Source: Rhizodiscina lignyota
Taxonomy: Eukaryota
DNA length: 64,000 bases
Assembly (NCBI GenBank): GCA_010015805.1
Contig: ML978126.1
Coordinates: 248,001-312,000, forward strand
Direction of reading: 5' to 3'
This document shows positions 59,700 to 64,000 of this stretch, in pieces. Below the pieces are notes generated by a model that worked only from the letters and a program-made list of their open reading frames with translations, was not told the DNA's origin and searched no databases. The translations under genes were made by a program, and so were the position numbers. Position 1 is the stretch's first letter. Every line of letters starts with the position of its first letter.

Positions 59700-61630
59700 G
59701 ATTCGAATGGGCAGTGCACTTTTTGAATAGGCGCAATGGCGTTACGGTTGGGTAGGATCCAGCTTGACGATCCCACGAGTGTACGGATCGATACGGGTTT
59801 GCTTTGGAAAGTGCCAGAGCGTAGGGCATACTTCACGGCATGGTGCACGGCAACAGCAGGCACTTCGATTCCTTCACCTTGTATTTAGTAGAATTAGCGT
59901 TGTTCACTGGCTATTTACGAAGTCGGTGCGCTGCACCGGGAGCAAGCGGATTCTCCAAAAGTCGATGCTTCTGTCGTCCGTCTTTCAGTTGTTCCAGATT
60001 CACTGCGCAATTCTAATCTCCAGTCTCTGTGTCGGGAGAGCGTCGATGCGTCAATGTGTGGGCCCACCTCAGGTGATGGCGAAGGGAAAGGCGGTGCTGT
60101 CACGATGCGATCACGATGCGTGGCATGCACCGGATCGTTCCAGATCTGGACGGGCCAATAGGCATCCTTGCCACCACACCACCAACACGTGGGAGGTATG
60201 GCAAACTGAGAGCGCTTTGGGCGAGGATCGGAATCTGGATTCAGGATTTGAGATTCGCATCCAGGAAACGAAGAGACTCAACAATCGAGGTGATCGCGAA
60301 AGGAGAATGCCAGACGGCCAGGACGGGCGCGAGCAGCGCGGACATGGCACTGGGCAGGGCGCTGATCAGCGTTTGACCGCTGCGCTGTTATCGCATCAAT
60401 CAGAAGAGGTGCTGCTGCTTGAGAGGGCGAGGTGCGAGAGCGTGTCGACGTTCGCCGGAAACCCATGATACATGTACTCTATAGCAGCTGAAGTCGAGAT
60501 GGCCTGATGTTTGTCGCAAATGGCAGGGCCCCCATGCCGGAACAACCCCATGCGCCGAGACGTGCTGTGAAAGAAAAGCAATGTTACGCCATTGATACGC
60601 GTGGCCGCTCGTATTGCCACCCGGAGATGATTCCGGAGGCTGTAGGCGTGCATATGCGGAATGGGGCGGTTACCTAAGCGCCTTTCTTTACCTGACGCGC
60701 CGTTCGATTCGCACGTAAAGGAATGATGCAGAAGGCAGCTAGCAGCGGAACTCCATTCGATCTGCACCGTGAATTCGATCTCAACGCCTCCAACGGCGGC
60801 GGCAACAAGGACCTGTCGTCTCCTTTCCCTCCCCTTCATGCCTGCGAGCACGCCGTCATCCAGCACGAGATCCACGCGCAGCCGGCGGGATTGCAGACGA
60901 GCGACTGCCAGCGAAAACGAGGGGGGCGAGCGCCGCCTGGCTGTTCCGAAGTGTTGCCTTTCGAAGCACTTCAGGACGCTCCACCAGTTTCGCCTCAGTC
61001 GGCCGTGGGCCTCGCCGATTCCAATGAACGTTGCCGGCCTCAACTGATTAAGCACCGCCTACAGCTGCTAGCTCTTGCAGCGCCCGCTTCACGCGATTCC
61101 TCTGGTACACTACTCGGCAGTCCGCACACAACGCAGCTAGCTCGTCGCCGTCCAGCACGTCGACGCGCTCCATGAAAATCTCTCTCGTACCATAATTATT
61201 GCCTGTTTCCCTTCTTGCGCCCCGGCGCTTTGCAACAATTCGACCTAAGGACCTTTTTTCCCCATCTCTCAGGATTGTATATTGCTGGAGTTCCACTTCT
61301 GGGTCTGCGACGGAGCCACCCAGCACGGTTCGGCGTTTTCCCTACCATAGCATCCCTCATTGGCCTCCGACCAACCGTGTCGTGTCATATAAAGTCGCGG
61401 CAGCGCCGTCCCATGCGCTTTTGGCTCCAATACCCTTCAGCCGGGGCCCCATCCGATATTCTCAAACGCATACTTTGCGCCGCAACCAGTTCGGCGTAAC
61501 CAACTCGGCTTCGCAGGGTTTCGGCCGCAGCGAAGTTTTAGGTTTTGGCTTGGCATTTCGATCCCGATCGCGCACAGCAGACGACTTGAATTCTGTCGAC
61601 GTCACCGCAGCCTCAAGCTACAACTCGCTG

Positions 61631-63411
61631 ATGACCGAGCTCAACGACAGACTGGAACGATTAGGCCTCTCCCAGTATCTCACGGCATTCGTCGCGGAAG
61701 GGTTTGATACCTGGGAAACCGTCCTGGATATCACAGAGTCTGATTTGTACGTGGGGAAGCCCGCTGCAGGCACGAAGCCGAAAGCTGACGACGATCAGGA
61801 CTTCTTTGAATGTCAAATTAGGCCACAGACGAGTGAGTAGAAGCGCCTCGGACTTGCTTTTTCAAAGACTGCGCAAAGTGCGACTTGGAGGGAGCAAATA
61901 TTTTGACGTCTATTCTAGAAACTCCAGCGCGCAATTGCCGAGTGGAGAGGCCAGTCGAGTGAAGCACCTCTTCCCACCGCTCGCCGTAGAGCCTCTGTAG
62001 ACGGTTCCTATCGGAGTGAAGATTCTGGTACAGAAGGGAAAGCTCCAAAAGCGCGCGAACCGACCGGCACAGTCCCTCCTGTTAGTACCAAGAGAAAGTA
62101 CAGACGCCACCCTAAGGTTAGCGATATCGGCACCCCCTTTGCTTCTCTGTCTGATTATTGAAACAGCCGGACGAGAATGCGCCAGAGCGCCCAGCATCAG
62201 CATATGTGATTTTCTCCAACCGTAAGTAGGGCGGCGCTTTTGTCCTTAACGCCAGTATCTCATGTGACGTTTAGAGGTTCGAGAGACCCTCAAGGGTCAA
62301 GATTTATCGTTCGCCGATATCGCCAAAATTGTTGGCGAAAGATGGCAGGTGCTTTCTCCGGAATCTCGAGAAGCTTGTGATAAACAAGCCTCAGCTGCGA
62401 AAGAGAAGTATTATCAACAGCTTGCAGAGTACAAGAAAACACCAGAGTACTCCCAATACCAGGTGTACCTCGCGGAGTTCAAAGCAAAACATGCAAACCC
62501 AACAGGTGGCGGAGGTTTGTTTCCCATTCCCAAAAATTTGGTTTTAACATTAATAATGGGTGTTAGAAGGCAAGCGATCAAAGTTAGAAACGGAGACAAG
62601 TGTATCAACTCAGAGCAGCGCAAGCGTATTTGGGGGGTCTGATCGCACCATTGGAAGACGGTCAGATAGCGGGGCGGGCGTGCCCCCTGGCAGTCACCAT
62701 CGATCAGTCTCTACAGAAGTGTACGAGCCCTATGGTGCGACGAGCATCCCGTCGACTTCAGCATCTCCAGCAACACGGCCTTATTCCAGCGTGAATTCTC
62801 CTCGACTTCAAGGCGAATACCCTCCAATGGCAACGTCCCCGGGCACTGTGCCTCCGGCTTTCCGGGAATCTCTTTTAACGACCGGTCTTCCACTGCATGA
62901 CTTGCGCGAACGACATCAAAATCCTTCACCTCCTGGTGCTCCTTACTTACCTCCGTCGGGAAGCCCTCCCACCGCATACATACCGCAACATCAAAATGTT
63001 CACCAACCGCACCCACGCAGACCCCCACTGGATGTACTTGCACCTCCACCCCTAACGCGAGCCGATTCTTCAGTGCCTTCGGTTCCTTCTTTGGCTCACA
63101 CGGATACCAGCGCTTCATCTGTGAGCGGCGCAGGCAGCAGGCAGTCTAGTTACGCTGGTCCACATCTCACTTCACTTCCGCCAATGGATGCGTCCAAATC
63201 ACATCGCATCTTACCGCAACCAGTCGCGTCTGCCTCATTACAGAGTCCGCACGATACTCCGAGTCCTGCATTACCAACCAGATCGGCGTTGCCGCAAACC
63301 ACTGCACCTGCTCCGAGCGACTCCAGAGCAGGATGGTCGGCTCTTCTTATGGCGACTGACCTGATGAGGGATGCCGACCGGCGTCCACCACCCGAAGACA
63401 AACCGCCTTGA
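61631..63411 (+). CDS. SAM-domain plus HMG-box transcriptional regulator
   Basis: SAM: LERLGLSQYLTAFVAEGFDTWETVLDITESDL|TSLNVKLGHRR|KLQRAI. HMG: KRKYRRHPK|PDENAPERPASAYVIFSN|QVRE..LSFADIAKIVGERWQ. Five introns and a Pro/Ser-rich tail. Confidence 0.93.
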
Positions 63412-64000
63412 GTGCAAGATACATTTCCAGCGGCGGTTCATGATTAACTTGAGAACTTGAAATGGATATACCATACGGACCTTCAAACAAATGGAGGCGT
63501 TTTTGTTTTACTATGGCAGCATTTGCTTGCTTTTTTTACTTTCGACTACCACTCTTGCGGGAACGGATTACGGCTTGCGCCGCGTGTTCAGTGAAATTGG
63601 TCGGGTTTAACCGCATTACATTCTGACGGCCACGGCAACGAAAGATTGCATTTTCGATGATTGTTGCGAAATATATGGCACGCACATCATCGCAAGGCGA
63701 GTGACGATGCAGAAACTGTACATAGATGCATTACGTTTCACCGTCCTCAAACAGGAAAATTCGGCCTTTGCTGAGCGTTCAACCTTCTTCCGAATTTGAA
63801 AGCAGCGCATTGCTGATATGAGAATGACCTTGCCTTGAGCCCATGCCTCGCCTCACGAATTAAAGTGCTACAGCTGTGCGTGTGGGCGTGGAGTAAGCGG
63901 ATTAGGTCATAGGTCCCGCCCCAAGTTTCATGTGCCAAGAGACGTCGTGCTGCTTTACATCCTCCACTTCCACAGAGTATTAGCTGGCTATTCTCTATTT

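Noticed and set aside
60100..60121. Short direct repeat TCACGATGCG x2
   Set aside because: Only two copies of a 10-11 bp unit, consistent with chance or slippage. Not an array or transposon end.
59764..61055. 234-aa (+) and 219-aa (-) ORFs in the RhoGAP/HMG spacer
   Set aside because: Non-ATG starts, no recognisable domains, and a composition typical of GC-rich non-coding sequence.
1..64000. tRNA, rRNA, CRISPR, transposon or secondary-metabolite backbone genes
   Set aside because: I recognised no cloverleaf, rRNA signature, spaced repeat array, transposase/RT/integrase motif, RIP-like AT-rich block or PKS/NRPS domain by eye. Small ncRNAs could have been missed without an Infernal/Rfam scan.

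Overview
Gene-dense, intron-containing nuclear DNA from a filamentous ascomycete (Pezizomycotina, probably a Dothideomycete; the taxonomy is inferred from gene and intron style only). I assembled about 29 protein-coding genes by hand from GT/GC..branch-point..AG introns. Housekeeping genes include EXO70, ZW10/DSL1, an M16 metallopeptidase, SEC53/PMM, RSM23, ATP11, RRP9, CDC43, an RGD2-like RhoGAP and a SAM-HMG regulator. They flank a ~20 kb accessory block (30.9-50.6 kb) made almost entirely of catabolic enzymes and transporters: a secreted SnoaL/NTF2-like protein, a GH3 beta-glucosidase, an SBF-like transporter, a VOC dioxygenase-like protein, an arylsulfatase, a DHA1 MFS transporter, a lactose/cellodextrin-type sugar porter and a PhyH-like dioxygenase. 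Three of the block's promoter regions carry CGG-N11-CCG motifs. This block is the best candidate for an undescribed co-regulated deconjugation/catabolism system, but that remains inference. Other notable points are two GC-AG introns, a uORF whose stop overlaps the main start (TGATG), very tight divergent and convergent gene pairs, a PTS1-bearing HAD hydrolase and a spliced 71-aa microprotein. I recognised no tRNA, rRNA, transposon or CRISPR. Product calls come from motif recognition, not database searches.
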